A DNA stretch of 34,143 bases. Origin: Gammaproteobacteria bacterium (GTDB lineage: Bacteria; Pseudomonadota; Gammaproteobacteria; SZUA-229). Location: contig JBFHVK010000003.1 in assembly GCA_041589615.1 (NCBI GenBank), positions 1 through 34,143 of the forward strand. Reading direction: 5' to 3'. The translations under genes were made by a program, and so were the position numbers. The notes under the pieces were generated by a model. It saw nothing but the letters and a program-made list of their open reading frames with translations. It did no database searches and was not told the DNA's origin. Below, piece after piece: positions 26,221 to 34,143 of the stretch (its first letter is position 1; each line of letters opens with the position of its first letter).

Positions 26221-26739
26221 ATGGGATATAGCTCAATGCAAGCAAGAAAAGATTTTGATCACAATGAGCTATCATTCTTTTTTGATTATAACAAGGAAAC
26301 TGGATTGATAACATGGAAACATTCGGTAGGAAAAGCAAAGGAGGGCTCCATTGCTGGAAGCGTAAGCCAGACCGGATACAGAAAAATAACACTCAAAGGA
26401 AGAACGTTTCTGGCACACAGAATTGCCTGGTCAATGCATTATAAATCCCCACCGCCAGACGTAATAGATCACATCAACGGCAAGACAGATGATAATAGGA
26501 TAGAAAACCTAACAGATGGAACAAAATGCAGAAACCAAAGAAACCAAAAAAAAGCCCATTCCAGAAATATGTCAAGCAAGTTTCTTGGTGTGTCAAAGTT
26601 TAAAGGAAGATGGAGAGCAAAGATTTACTCAAAAGGAAAGTATGTATTCCTTGGGTATTTCAATACAGAAGACGAGGCAGCTCAAGCCTACAAGAAAGCT
26701 AAACTTGAGCTGCACGGCATAGACTTACTGCGAAATTAG
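26221..26739 (+). mobile_element. Free-standing HNH-AP2 homing endonuclease, antisense to the head operon
   Basis: AHRIAW, IDHINGKTDDNRIENL, and AP2-like GVS...WRAKI...LGYFNTEDEAAQAY. Confidence 0.9.
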
Positions 26740-27681
26740 CATGACGCCAGCGGTATCTTTGGTATCGCTTGCAATCAAATCCCAGTTCGAAGGAGTGGCC
26801 AATTCAGCATCTGTAGGCGACTTGCCACCGTTGGTGGTATCCCACGCATAACCTTTAAGGCCAATAGTAAATGAGGACTCACCTTTCCAGATGGTACCCA
26901 TGTTTTCCTGATCGGCTTTCGGCTGTGTCATAGTCAACAAAGGCTGAGTTTCGACCATTGCCGCGCCTGGTACAAGACCTACAGTGTTGTATTTGTCCGG
27001 AGCGCCGGAAACAAGCAATGCTGGGGCATCGGTAACAACGTAGCGACGACCTAGGCCATCCTGCATTACTCGAATATTGCCAACGTTGTACAACTGACTT
27101 GTGTTGGTGATTGCTTCGTTGGTTAGGTCAGTGAACACTTTTGAATGCATCAGCCACGCAACCAGCGCCATTTGACGATCGCCGAACTTACCAGCAGCCG
27201 TGTTAAGCTCAACCAGTTTGGCCGTACCTGTCGCTGAGTAGTCATTAACAAGTGCAGCCTGATTGCCAATCGCTGCAACAAGCGCAGTGGCAGCTGTGTT
27301 CAGATAGTCCTGAATCATTGCTTCGGCTGCTTGCTCACCGATAATTAAGCCTGCTTCTTCTTCGTTTTTAAGAAGTCGAGCGAACTGTTCAACTGTCCAT
27401 TCAACAGGGCCAATTGATTGATCTACTTTCACCGCAACGTCTTTCAATTGTTGCAGCGCTTTTGTTGCAAGAGTTCCCGATCCGTAAGCATCACGACGAG
27501 TTACAAGGGCAGAGATAGCTTTGTACGACGCTTCTTCTACGTAATCACCAAGTGTTGACTGTGACCCGAGTAGCAAGCCGCCGCCTGACGCTTGGTTAAA
27601 TGCTGTTAAATGCTGTGCTACCACTTCAGTAGCCACAAGCTGTGTTTGTTCGTTAAAAACGACCATATCCGATGTTGCCAT
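26725..27681 (-). CDS. Major capsid protein
   Basis: 318 aa after the scaffold gene; FNQASGG, KFGDR, GLKGYAWD...NW. Confidence 0.92.
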   Translation of the reverse strand: MATSDMVVFNEQTQLVATEVVAQHLTAFNQASGGGLLLGSQSTLGDYVEEASYKAISALVTRRDAYGSGTLATKALQQLKDVAVKVDQSIGPVEWTVEQFARLLKNEEEAGLIIGEQAAEAMIQDYLNTAATALVAAIGNQAALVNDYSATGTAKLVELNTAAGKFGDRQMALVAWLMHSKVFTDLTNEAITNTSQLYNVGNIRVMQDGLGRRYVVTDAPALLVSGAPDKYNTVGLVPGAAMVETQPLLTMTQPKADQENMGTIWKGESSFTIGLKGYAWDTTNGGKSPTDAELATPSNWDLIASDTKDTAGVMLISQ

Positions 27682-27683
27682 GG

Positions 27684-28331
27684 TTATTCACCTCTTTGTT
27701 GGCGGAAATATTCAAGTTTTTCTTGTTTGCTCATTTTTGAAATATCAGTACCGCTGCCAGCCCCGCCAACTTTCGGTTTTGCGGCCCCGCCGCTTGATTT
27801 TGTACCATCGATCAAGCTGTCAAATCGACCGCTCGACTCTAGCTCTTTCTTGAGGTCCGCCATTGTTGATACAGTTGGCTTACCTTCTTCTGATAGTACG
27901 ACGATCTTGCCCTCATCGTTGAAGTCCAATCGACGCTTGATAAATTCTGATAAAAGCTCGGCGTTTGTTCCGCTTGCCATCTGTGTGGCCAGTTTCATTG
28001 CCTCACCGTTGCGCTTTTCAGTACGAATAGACTGATTCAGTCCGTTGTACTTTTCTTCGATTTCCTTTCTCTTTGCCTCGCTTGACTCAAAAAGAGATTT
28101 AAAATCGTTCTCTTGTTTTGCGCGCTCTTCAGCTTCACGGGCTGCACGCTCTTCGGCCTCCTTGGCCTTCTGAGATGCAGACTTCTTTTCTCCAAGTAAC
28201 TCATCAACCTTGGATTTCAGTCCAGCCGTCTCTTTATCAAGAAGTGCCTTAACTTCGGCCTCGGAATACGACTTAACCTCCGTATTCGGTGCGCCAGTTT
28301 CTTGCTCTGTGATTTCTGTTTCTGTCGTCAT
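27684..28331 (-). CDS. Capsid scaffolding protein
   Basis: GLKSKVDELLGEKK coiled coil and G-rich tail. Start probably ATG 28331. Confidence 0.85.
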   Translation of the reverse strand: MTTETEITEQETGAPNTEVKSYSEAEVKALLDKETAGLKSKVDELLGEKKSASQKAKEAEERAAREAEERAKQENDFKSLFESSEAKRKEIEEKYNGLNQSIRTEKRNGEAMKLATQMASGTNAELLSEFIKRRLDFNDEGKIVVLSEEGKPTVSTMADLKKELESSGRFDSLIDGTKSSGGAAKPKVGGAGSGTDISKMSKQEKLEYFRQQRGE

Positions 28332-28365
28332 TTTATGCCCTGCATTCAATGATTATAGGCTCTGC

Positions 28366-29775
28366 CTATTGGTTTGTATCGGTAGTATTATCGCCAGTTA
28401 TCAAACTAAGCGCAATATCTTCGTCTATTTCGTCATCTGAGCGCTCTATTAAGCCTGTTTTCCTTAGATAGCTACGGGCATCCTCTTTGCCAATCAGGTT
28501 ATTCATCCATGCCGACACCATTAATTGCGCAGTCTGTGCGTCACTAACAATATTAGAAAGATCTGTATTGATAACAACCACAGGGGCCTGAGTAACGCCC
28601 ATGAACTCGGCCAGCACAACCAGGGCATCATTATACGCCTGCTCAACATTATCCATGATTGTCTGCACAACTGAATTAGAGCCAGCCTCGCCAATCATGG
28701 CCTCGGTCGCTGTATTGTATGACAGCTCACCAGTCAAATGTTTGGCACCTAATGCAACCATAACCTTCTGCTTGTACTGCATCGCCTCAAAAGACTGATC
28801 ATTAGGAGATGGCTGCTCAATACCAAAGCTGCCTCCTTCTGGAAGCGGGAATAGTGATCCAGAGCCAAACCGGAATCCTTGTAAATGATTCTCATACCAC
28901 GAGTCATTCAGACCACTGGCCCAGGGCTGAGGGCGCAACATGAATACACTGTCTTCATAGTCTGCGCTGTTACGATAATGCCCAATGTTCAACTCACAGA
29001 TCGGATAAATAGGCGAATCATCAAAACGGCTATCATTATTTTCGGCGCCGATAAAGAAAAACGGAATATAGTTCAAGGTTCGTCCGTTAATCTTTGGCTC
29101 ATACATTTCTACAAATGCACCGTCATGATAAATCTCGACGCGATAAACACCTCCATCAAGAATCAGGCGGCGTTCAATACCTACTCGCTGAATCGTAATC
29201 CCATCATCAAGTAGCTCATCGTTGATCTCAAACAAAGATACAAGCGAAAGCACCTCATGCGCGCCTTGCCTTGTCGTATGCCAGTTCGCAATCTGCAAGG
29301 CTTCATACCGACGAATAATGGCGTTTGCGCCTAAATCTCTCTGCTGCTGCCTGGTTAGAGAGCCATCAACCGGAGGGAAATCCGCCAGCAAGCCAGCACG
29401 ACCATCTTTGTACACACCGGTAAAACTTGACTTCATAGATTGCTCAAGACCTACGCCCTGGCCATCAATGTCTGAATTTATATACTCAAGCAGCGGAGAG
29501 ACATCATCAACGGTGATCCCCTTCATGAACGCAAGACCCGCCATGGATCGAACCGTCTGACCGCTAAACCCATAGTAGACCGCGCGATTCAGGTAGTTAG
29601 TGTACTTCTGTACATCAATAGCATCATTAATATCGCCAGGGTCGGGCAGATACTTTCTGCCAGCGTCCTTAACGCCAGTGGGACTACATGCGTCATTGAT
29701 AGTAATTAGCTGATTTTCCCTCTCTTTGTAGTCAGGGTGCTTAACTATCGTAACAGGGACTCTTTTGTAGCCCAT
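28366..29775 (-). CDS. Portal protein (DUF4055-like)
   Basis: YLNRAVYY, GRAGLLADFP, IPFFFIG, LNIGHYRNSADYE. Confidence 0.92.
   Translation of the reverse strand: MGYKRVPVTIVKHPDYKERENQLITINDACSPTGVKDAGRKYLPDPGDINDAIDVQKYTNYLNRAVYYGFSGQTVRSMAGLAFMKGITVDDVSPLLEYINSDIDGQGVGLEQSMKSSFTGVYKDGRAGLLADFPPVDGSLTRQQQRDLGANAIIRRYEALQIANWHTTRQGAHEVLSLVSLFEINDELLDDGITIQRVGIERRLILDGGVYRVEIYHDGAFVEMYEPKINGRTLNYIPFFFIGAENNDSRFDDSPIYPICELNIGHYRNSADYEDSVFMLRPQPWASGLNDSWYENHLQGFRFGSGSLFPLPEGGSFGIEQPSPNDQSFEAMQYKQKVMVALGAKHLTGELSYNTATEAMIGEAGSNSVVQTIMDNVEQAYNDALVVLAEFMGVTQAPVVVINTDLSNIVSDAQTAQLMVSAWMNNLIGKEDARSYLRKTGLIERSDDEIDEDIALSLITGDNTTDTNQ
28387..28415 (-). promoter_or_regulatory. Putative sigma70 promoter for scaffold/capsid genes, inside the portal 3' end
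   Basis: TTGCGC-N17-GATAAT. Confidence 0.55.
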
Positions 29776-29777
29776 TA

Positions 29778-31163
29778 TTAGAACCTCATTCTTATATCAA
29801 TGTTGGCTGTCATTTCAGGATTAGCAAGATGCGGGCACATGGCCATGATGAATGCGTCAGCCAGGTTGGGGGATGCAATTTCGCGCTTAGCCAGCTCTTG
29901 CTTTGTTTCAACCATATCAAGTCCGCGCTTACTGTACCGCACCCTGGGAGTAGATAACTCAGTCTTAAGCCGCTCAAGCAGTTTTCCCATACCTTCCGAG
30001 TCAATGCTAATCAAATCCTCGGCATCGTAATTGTGACCTTTGTTGATTGCATTATATGTGTTTCTGAATCTATCCGCTACTGAGCGCCATGCCTGGGCTT
30101 TTACATTCTCAAACTTCTCACCATTCTTTACCTTGGGGCTGTACTCCTCGTTCGGATTAACTACCGCGCCACCTGCATTGAACTTCCGGTATCTTGAGTT
30201 TATGCCATTACTTTTCAAAGTGGAACCAACACCAGCACCTACGCCAATGCAGTCATAAATCAGAGAACCATCATGGACAAAACTCCATGCCCTCATGGTT
30301 GATTCGGTAAGCTCATCCTCGCTTGCTTTCCACTCATCGACAACTGTAGCAACGGAGCCATTAGCGCCAATGATGGCATTCTTATCTTTGCCCGAGTCAG
30401 CAACATCATAACCAACAGTCCAGGCACCGAACATTTGGACATTAAGGTTTAAATGCGCATCGATGGCAGCCTCCACCCATGAGCGCTTGATAATAGCCTG
30501 ATCGTCGTCACTCTTAGGCACGCCAAGATAAACATGGTCATGCTCGTCCTTGTCCTCTTTGAGCATTTCCTCAATGTCAGACTTTGCTGTACTCGATAGA
30601 AACGGATTGTCTGGATAGTTAATCAGCCTAACGATTGAGTTTTCCGGTGGATTGACGATAAAGCGCTGATACACGAAGTCAGTAACAAGTTTCGGGTTAA
30701 AGCTGATCCAAATCTCCGACCCTTCTTTACGAATCGTTGGCTTCAGTATCTGCCATTGCTCAGCTGTGAGATTGTGTGCCTCTTCGATCCATAAGATGTC
30801 CGCGCCCTCGAAAGATTTAATTTCGTCTACGTTGCGCTCAATGCCGTAGAACACAAACTCAGAGCCGTTCTTGTGCTGAATATCTGTCGCTCTAACGTCA
30901 AATCCATCAAACCCAAAATTGCCTATTTGAGCACTGATCAGCGTATGAACGGACTCTTTAATCTTGTTCTGAAAGCGACGAACGCAAAGAAATCTTGTTT
31001 GATATTGGGATGCAATGCCAGCAGCCATGCCAGCGAATTCCCAGGACTTAGAAGAAGCTCGGCCACCGTACAAAACACGATGCCGGACTTTTATGAAGTT
31101 TTCTTCAGACGGGATTCCGTCTTTAAACCAGAAGTCAGCTAAATTAGGATTTAGACTCGCCAC
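29778..31163 (-). CDS. terL: Terminase large subunit (PBSX family)
   Basis: YGGRASSKS, WIEEA, PTIRKEGSEIW, GYDVAD, SPNLADA. Confidence 0.96.
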   Translation of the reverse strand: MASLNPNLADFWFKDGIPSEENFIKVRHRVLYGGRASSKSWEFAGMAAGIASQYQTRFLCVRRFQNKIKESVHTLISAQIGNFGFDGFDVRATDIQHKNGSEFVFYGIERNVDEIKSFEGADILWIEEAHNLTAEQWQILKPTIRKEGSEIWISFNPKLVTDFVYQRFIVNPPENSIVRLINYPDNPFLSSTAKSDIEEMLKEDKDEHDHVYLGVPKSDDDQAIIKRSWVEAAIDAHLNLNVQMFGAWTVGYDVADSGKDKNAIIGANGSVATVVDEWKASEDELTESTMRAWSFVHDGSLIYDCIGVGAGVGSTLKSNGINSRYRKFNAGGAVVNPNEEYSPKVKNGEKFENVKAQAWRSVADRFRNTYNAINKGHNYDAEDLISIDSEGMGKLLERLKTELSTPRVRYSKRGLDMVETKQELAKREIASPNLADAFIMAMCPHLANPEMTANIDIRMRF

Positions 31164-31563
31164 CTGGCTTGGTTCCGTATAGATTAGAGAATTTTGGTGT
31201 CATTGAGCCGTCAGAGCTTTGATGATCGATAATCTGCTTATCTAGTCCGCATAACTTAGCCTTGCCCATAGTTGCACTAATTGCAGCTGATGACTGCGGA
31301 GTCTCAGCAGAAAGCGCAGCCTGCCTGGCTTCTTCAAGCTCTTTAATTAAGCCTTCAACTGTAATCATATGTTTTTCCGATATAGAAGCCTTGTACTTAT
31401 CGATTTCACCGATTATCTCAGGTTTCTTCAAGTTCTCATTTGCTATTGAATAAGCGGTGGCCTCGCTGTAGCCCGCTTCTAATGCAGCTTGTGTGCCATT
31501 GAATCCGTTCGAACAATATGCAGAAACAAATAATTGCTGCTTTGTTGTCAGCTTATTACTCAT
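31144..31563 (-). CDS. terS: Terminase small subunit
   Basis: LTTKQQLF...NGTQAALEAGYS...ENLKKP. Confidence 0.93.
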   Translation of the reverse strand: MSNKLTTKQQLFVSAYCSNGFNGTQAALEAGYSEATAYSIANENLKKPEIIGEIDKYKASISEKHMITVEGLIKELEEARQAALSAETPQSSAAISATMGKAKLCGLDKQIIDHQSSDGSMTPKFSNLYGTKPGGESKS

Positions 31564-31727
31564 CACCCACCAAATTGCTCTTTCAGCTTCAGATACAATT
31601 TACGCTCAGCTTCCACGTGTTCCTCAGCAGTTTTAGATTGATGATGATGCTCGAAAGACTTATCCAGTCGCTCATCTTGAATGAGCTGTTTAGACAACCA
31701 ATCCACGTCAACCGTTGTTAGAAGCAT
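31563..31727 (-). CDS. 54 aa hypothetical protein (MLLTTVDVDWLS...)
   Basis: TGATG overlaps at both ends; AGAGGG RBS. Not in the ORF track. Confidence 0.65.
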   Translation of the reverse strand: MLLTTVDVDWLSKQLIQDERLDKSFEHHHQSKTAEEHVEAERKLYLKLKEQFGG

Positions 31728-31846
31728 CAGCCTACCCTCTTATTATCAGTGAATTTATTGTAGCACGCAATACAAAACCCGTCTCTAAGATTACCAGACC
31801 ACCTGCCGCAACCATCACAGTCGCCTTGTTTTTTAACTATAGTCAT
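31727..31846 (-). CDS. 39 aa Zn-finger microprotein (GDCDGCGRWSGNLRDGFCIAC)
   Basis: Two CxxC motifs; coupled stop/start. Not in the ORF track. Confidence 0.65.
   Translation of the reverse strand: MTIVKKQGDCDGCGRWSGNLRDGFCIACYNKFTDNKRVG
31742..31770 (-). promoter_or_regulatory. Putative sigma70 promoter upstream of the terminase genes
   Basis: TTGCGT-N17-GATAAT, the same pattern as at 28387-28415. Confidence 0.5.
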
Positions 31847-31982
31847 ACTCGTGCACCTTGTTTTTTGTTTTGTAGCACCGCTTACAAATCCAGCTTTCAC
31901 ACTTTGTGTAAGAATTGTAGCCGAAAATCTCCCATTTGTGGCCGGATACAGCGCATTTAATTTTTTTGACCAAGCGGATCAT
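31833..31982 (-). CDS. 49 aa DUF1660-like protein
   Basis: C...GHKW...CKRC. Start moved to the coupled ATG 31982. Confidence 0.65.
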   Translation of the reverse strand: MIRLVKKIKCAVSGHKWEIFGYNSYTKCESWICKRCYKTKNKVHEYDYS

Positions 31983-32101
31983 CCCGCCATCCCCCAGACA
32001 ACACCAACAACAACCCAAACGCCTACTGCAATTAGCAACCCAGCCGCAAAGCCGGATCGAGACTTCTTCTTCTCATCAATCACAACCTCAACCTCTTTCA
32101 T
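31979..32101 (-). CDS. 40 aa single-TM microprotein (MKEVEVVIDEKKKSRSGFAAGLLIAVGVW...)
   Basis: Open frame with an ATGA overlap downstream. Not in the ORF track. Confidence 0.55.
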   Translation of the reverse strand: MKEVEVVIDEKKKSRSGFAAGLLIAVGVWVVVGVVWGMAG

Positions 32102-32119
32102 TTTTAGTTACCCATTCAA

Positions 32120-32341
32120 TCAACCCTTCCAGTCCGGCAAAAGCGCCCAGCCATCTACCTGATACCACCAGAGCGTTAGCTCGTCGTCGTGGGCAAAATG
32201 ATAAGGCTCAAACCAATCCGGAGTTTCGTCTTCGCCATTCAGCATATAAGTAATATGCTGAACGACGCCGCCCGCCTTTAAAAGAACCGGCGCGCCATAA
32301 GGTGGCCTTTTCTCGTGAATCGACACAAACTCAAACACCAT
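32120..32341 (-). CDS. DUF551-like protein
   Basis: FVSIHEKRP...VLL...VDGWALLP. Confidence 0.7.
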   Translation of the reverse strand: MVFEFVSIHEKRPPYGAPVLLKAGGVVQHITYMLNGEDETPDWFEPYHFAHDDELTLWWYQVDGWALLPDWKG

Positions 32342-32343
32342 AA

Positions 32344-32484
32344 CTAAGATCCAGCCCCAGCCGCCAAGGCAGCACCGATAGAAAACAGCACAATAATAGC
32401 AAGCACATCCAAAGCGGCTTGTGTTTTTGTTTGCGTTTTGCCGTTGATGAAGCCTGGTATTTCGTGTTGCTGATTTTCTCTCAT
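32344..32484 (-). CDS. 46 aa single-TM protein
   Basis: ATG 32484 after AAGGA; hydrophobic C-terminus. Confidence 0.6.
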   Translation of the reverse strand: MRENQQHEIPGFINGKTQTKTQAALDVLAIIVLFSIGAALAAGAGS

Positions 32485-32543
32485 CTTACTTTCCTTCTTA
32501 ATAATTGCAGCACCAAGTTTAGCGCCATCTGGTTTTGACACAT
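32481..32543 (-). CDS. 20 aa micropeptide MCQNQMALNLVLQLLRRKVR
   Basis: TAATG overlap upstream and ATGA overlap downstream; fills the gap exactly. Confidence 0.4.
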   Translation of the reverse strand: MCQNQMALNLVLQLLRRKVR

Positions 32544-32806
32544 TAAAGTCCTTGAGACTCCAGGAAGTCCCAGTATTCACCCTCCGACATAACATTGACA
32601 CCACCATCACAAATCAAATCCTCAAGAAATAAGAAAAGATCATGGTCATTAAATTTAATAATTATCTGCTCCAACTGAGCACGGGTCGCACTTTTAACCA
32701 GCAGTACTCTTTCTGTTTTGGCCAGGTCTTTCACGTCATCACGAAAAAGATGGTAAAGATTTACATCTTTATTTTCTAGCATTTGATCAAGCTTGTTCAT
32801 TTCCAT
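32543..32806 (-). CDS. Hypothetical protein
   Basis: First gene after a promoter; 87 aa. Confidence 0.7.
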   Translation of the reverse strand: MEMNKLDQMLENKDVNLYHLFRDDVKDLAKTERVLLVKSATRAQLEQIIIKFNDHDLFLFLEDLICDGGVNVMSEGEYWDFLESQGL

Positions 32807-32834
32807 ATCCCCGTTCGCGTTGTCTATGGTTATA

Positions 32835-32871
32835 ACTATAACACTAACAAAAGATATTGCAATAGTCTTTT
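32835..32871 (-). promoter_or_regulatory. Putative promoter with overlapping operator-like palindrome
   Basis: TTGCAA-N16-TATAGT with extended TG. Dyad AAAAGA-TATTGCAATA-G-TCTTTT at 32849-32871. Confidence 0.65.
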
Positions 32872-32897
32872 GAAATATTTTTAGTTATTTTCCGGAT

Positions 32898-32922
32898 AAA
32901 AAAATACCCTCCGAAGAGGGTA
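32898..32922 (-). terminator. Rho-independent terminator after the holin-like gene
   Basis: TACCCTC-TTCG-GAGGGTA-TTTTTTT. Confidence 0.88.
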
Positions 32923-33028
32923 AAAGCGTTCGAAAAAGGAATATGCGGCTTCAGCATAATGCCAAGGATGAGGGTGTAATTTGACGCATTACTACGAGAC
33001 TCGTATCACCACCTTATGGATAGAGTGA

Positions 33029-33457
33029 TTACTGCTTACTGTCGGGTATTTCCGGTTTGCGATTTAATTGTAGCTCAACATCATCAAGGGTTGCAAACTT
33101 ACTAAGAAATTCTTTTGTGATTGGGCCGTCTGCGGATTTATTCAGATCCAGCAATCGCTCGGCCATTCGAATTTTATGCTCTTGATCTCTGCGCCGCTCT
33201 TCTCTGTCTTTTCTCTGTTCATCGCGCGCCCTGCGCTGTTCGTCTCGGTCTTTGCGCTGCTTTTCGCACCACTTGAAATAATGATTACCAACGAACGTAA
33301 GGATACATATAACCAGCGTAATCGCCCAAGCATAAGTCTGAATACTCGTCATCAAATCAACAAACGAAAAACCCACTGTGGCGGCACCGTTCGTGTAAAT
33401 CACCATAGGCGCGTTATTCGTCACGACTTCTTTTATGTGCTCCAACCTTTCGGGCAT
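33029..33457 (-). CDS. Holin-like protein (HP1 / phage 21 S-like) with long charged tail
   Basis: TM segment ending LTFVGNHYFK, followed by an R/E/D-rich helix. Confidence 0.6.
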   Translation of the reverse strand: MPERLEHIKEVVTNNAPMVIYTNGAATVGFSFVDLMTSIQTYAWAITLVICILTFVGNHYFKWCEKQRKDRDEQRRARDEQRKDREERRRDQEHKIRMAERLLDLNKSADGPITKEFLSKFATLDDVELQLNRKPEIPDSKQ

Positions 33458-33459
33458 TC

Positions 33460-33942
33460 TTAATGGTTCTCCAGCCTTTTCTTACCGCCGACCAAAGGCA
33501 GTAGCATTGCAATATTAGAAATGCGAACGTCATAAAAATGCTCAACAATTCCGATATGTCGTACACGCATCCCGCCTATTGCGATCAGCGAAGCAGCCTG
33601 GGCCAACGTTATCGCTGCATTTATGTTTTCGTACTGATTATAGAAAAATCCGCCGCCCGTGTTGTAGTCAATGTAAAACAGTACGGACGCAACTGTTTGC
33701 GATAATAACAAACAAGTCATTACAGTTCCATATATGACGTTAGACAGTGCAAAAAACAGAACAGCGAACGCAAGGTCAATAGCGGCAACCGTAATAAGCG
33801 TAGCCGCTGGCGGATCAGACCAAGACACAGCCGGGATGGTAGATACATACATGACCAGAGCGGCGACAAATAGTCGCCAGTCTTTGGTCATAACGCCCAT
33901 CCATGCAGCACTAAAAATAATCGCAAAAGTCGTATTGTCCAT
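33460..33942 (-). CDS. Multi-pass membrane protein
   Basis: About 4-5 hydrophobic segments; ends 2 bp upstream of the holin-like gene. Confidence 0.7.
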   Translation of the reverse strand: MDNTTFAIIFSAAWMGVMTKDWRLFVAALVMYVSTIPAVSWSDPPAATLITVAAIDLAFAVLFFALSNVIYGTVMTCLLLSQTVASVLFYIDYNTGGGFFYNQYENINAAITLAQAASLIAIGGMRVRHIGIVEHFYDVRISNIAMLLPLVGGKKRLENH

Positions 33943-34135
33943 TAGCTCGATCTTTGTTTCCGTGGTTTTGCTGGCCCAGACTTGTTTGTGCTTGGTCGTC
34001 TTGCAGCTGGTTTATTTCCTTTTGTTTTAGTTGCCATTGCATAGCCTTATTTTCATCGTCAATTGAATTCAGGATTCTAGCGCATAGCCAGATTAACAGC
34101 AAAACAAGAAATGTTGCGGCATAGGCTTGCTCCAT
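33911..34135 (-). CDS. Membrane-anchored hypothetical protein
   Basis: N-terminal TM segment followed by a short coiled coil. Confidence 0.55.
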   Translation of the reverse strand: MEQAYAATFLVLLLIWLCARILNSIDDENKAMQWQLKQKEINQLQDDQAQTSLGQQNHGNKDRANGQYDFCDYF

Positions 34136-34143
34136 TAGTTTTG

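Noticed and set aside
11655-31453. Numerous antisense or alternative-frame ORFs inside ssb and the structural genes
   Set aside because: They are shadows of well-supported genes and show no recognisable motifs.
1-34143. Lysogeny module, tRNAs, genome termini, alternative genetic code
   Set aside because: I saw no integrase, CI-like repressor, cloverleaf or terminal repeat, and genes translate intact with the standard code. Lifestyle cannot be decided from a partial genome.

Overview
About 34 kb of a tailed dsDNA siphovirus genome, with neither end of the genome visible. The host is probably a gammaproteobacterium (inferred from the SSB and sigma70-type promoters), and the replication genes are T1-like. 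Left to right: (1) a leftward accessory cluster with a DarG/TARG1-like macrodomain, an Ala-rich repeat protein and a DUF1653 protein; (2) a non-coding, palindromically organised candidate replication origin at about 1990-2300; (3) a DUF3987/YfjI-type P-loop helicase on the minus strand; (4) a rightward replication/recombination operon (Cro-like regulator, Zn-ribbon primase, SF2 helicase, VRR-NUC, RecE-like exonuclease, unknown partner protein, SSB); (5) a complete leftward virion module from terminase to tailspike, with an antisense HNH-AP2 endonuclease, a cassette of unknown genes after the capsid gene and an HslV-like Ntn peptidase; (6) small accessory ORFs and a holin-like gene. I saw no integrase, tRNA, CRISPR array or endolysin. 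The most unusual signals are non-coding: the mirror-image origin and its adjacent rod hairpin, a C4-like three-way-junction RNA leader on the SF2 helicase gene, and a structured element after the holin. All family assignments come from motif recognition by eye, not from database searches.
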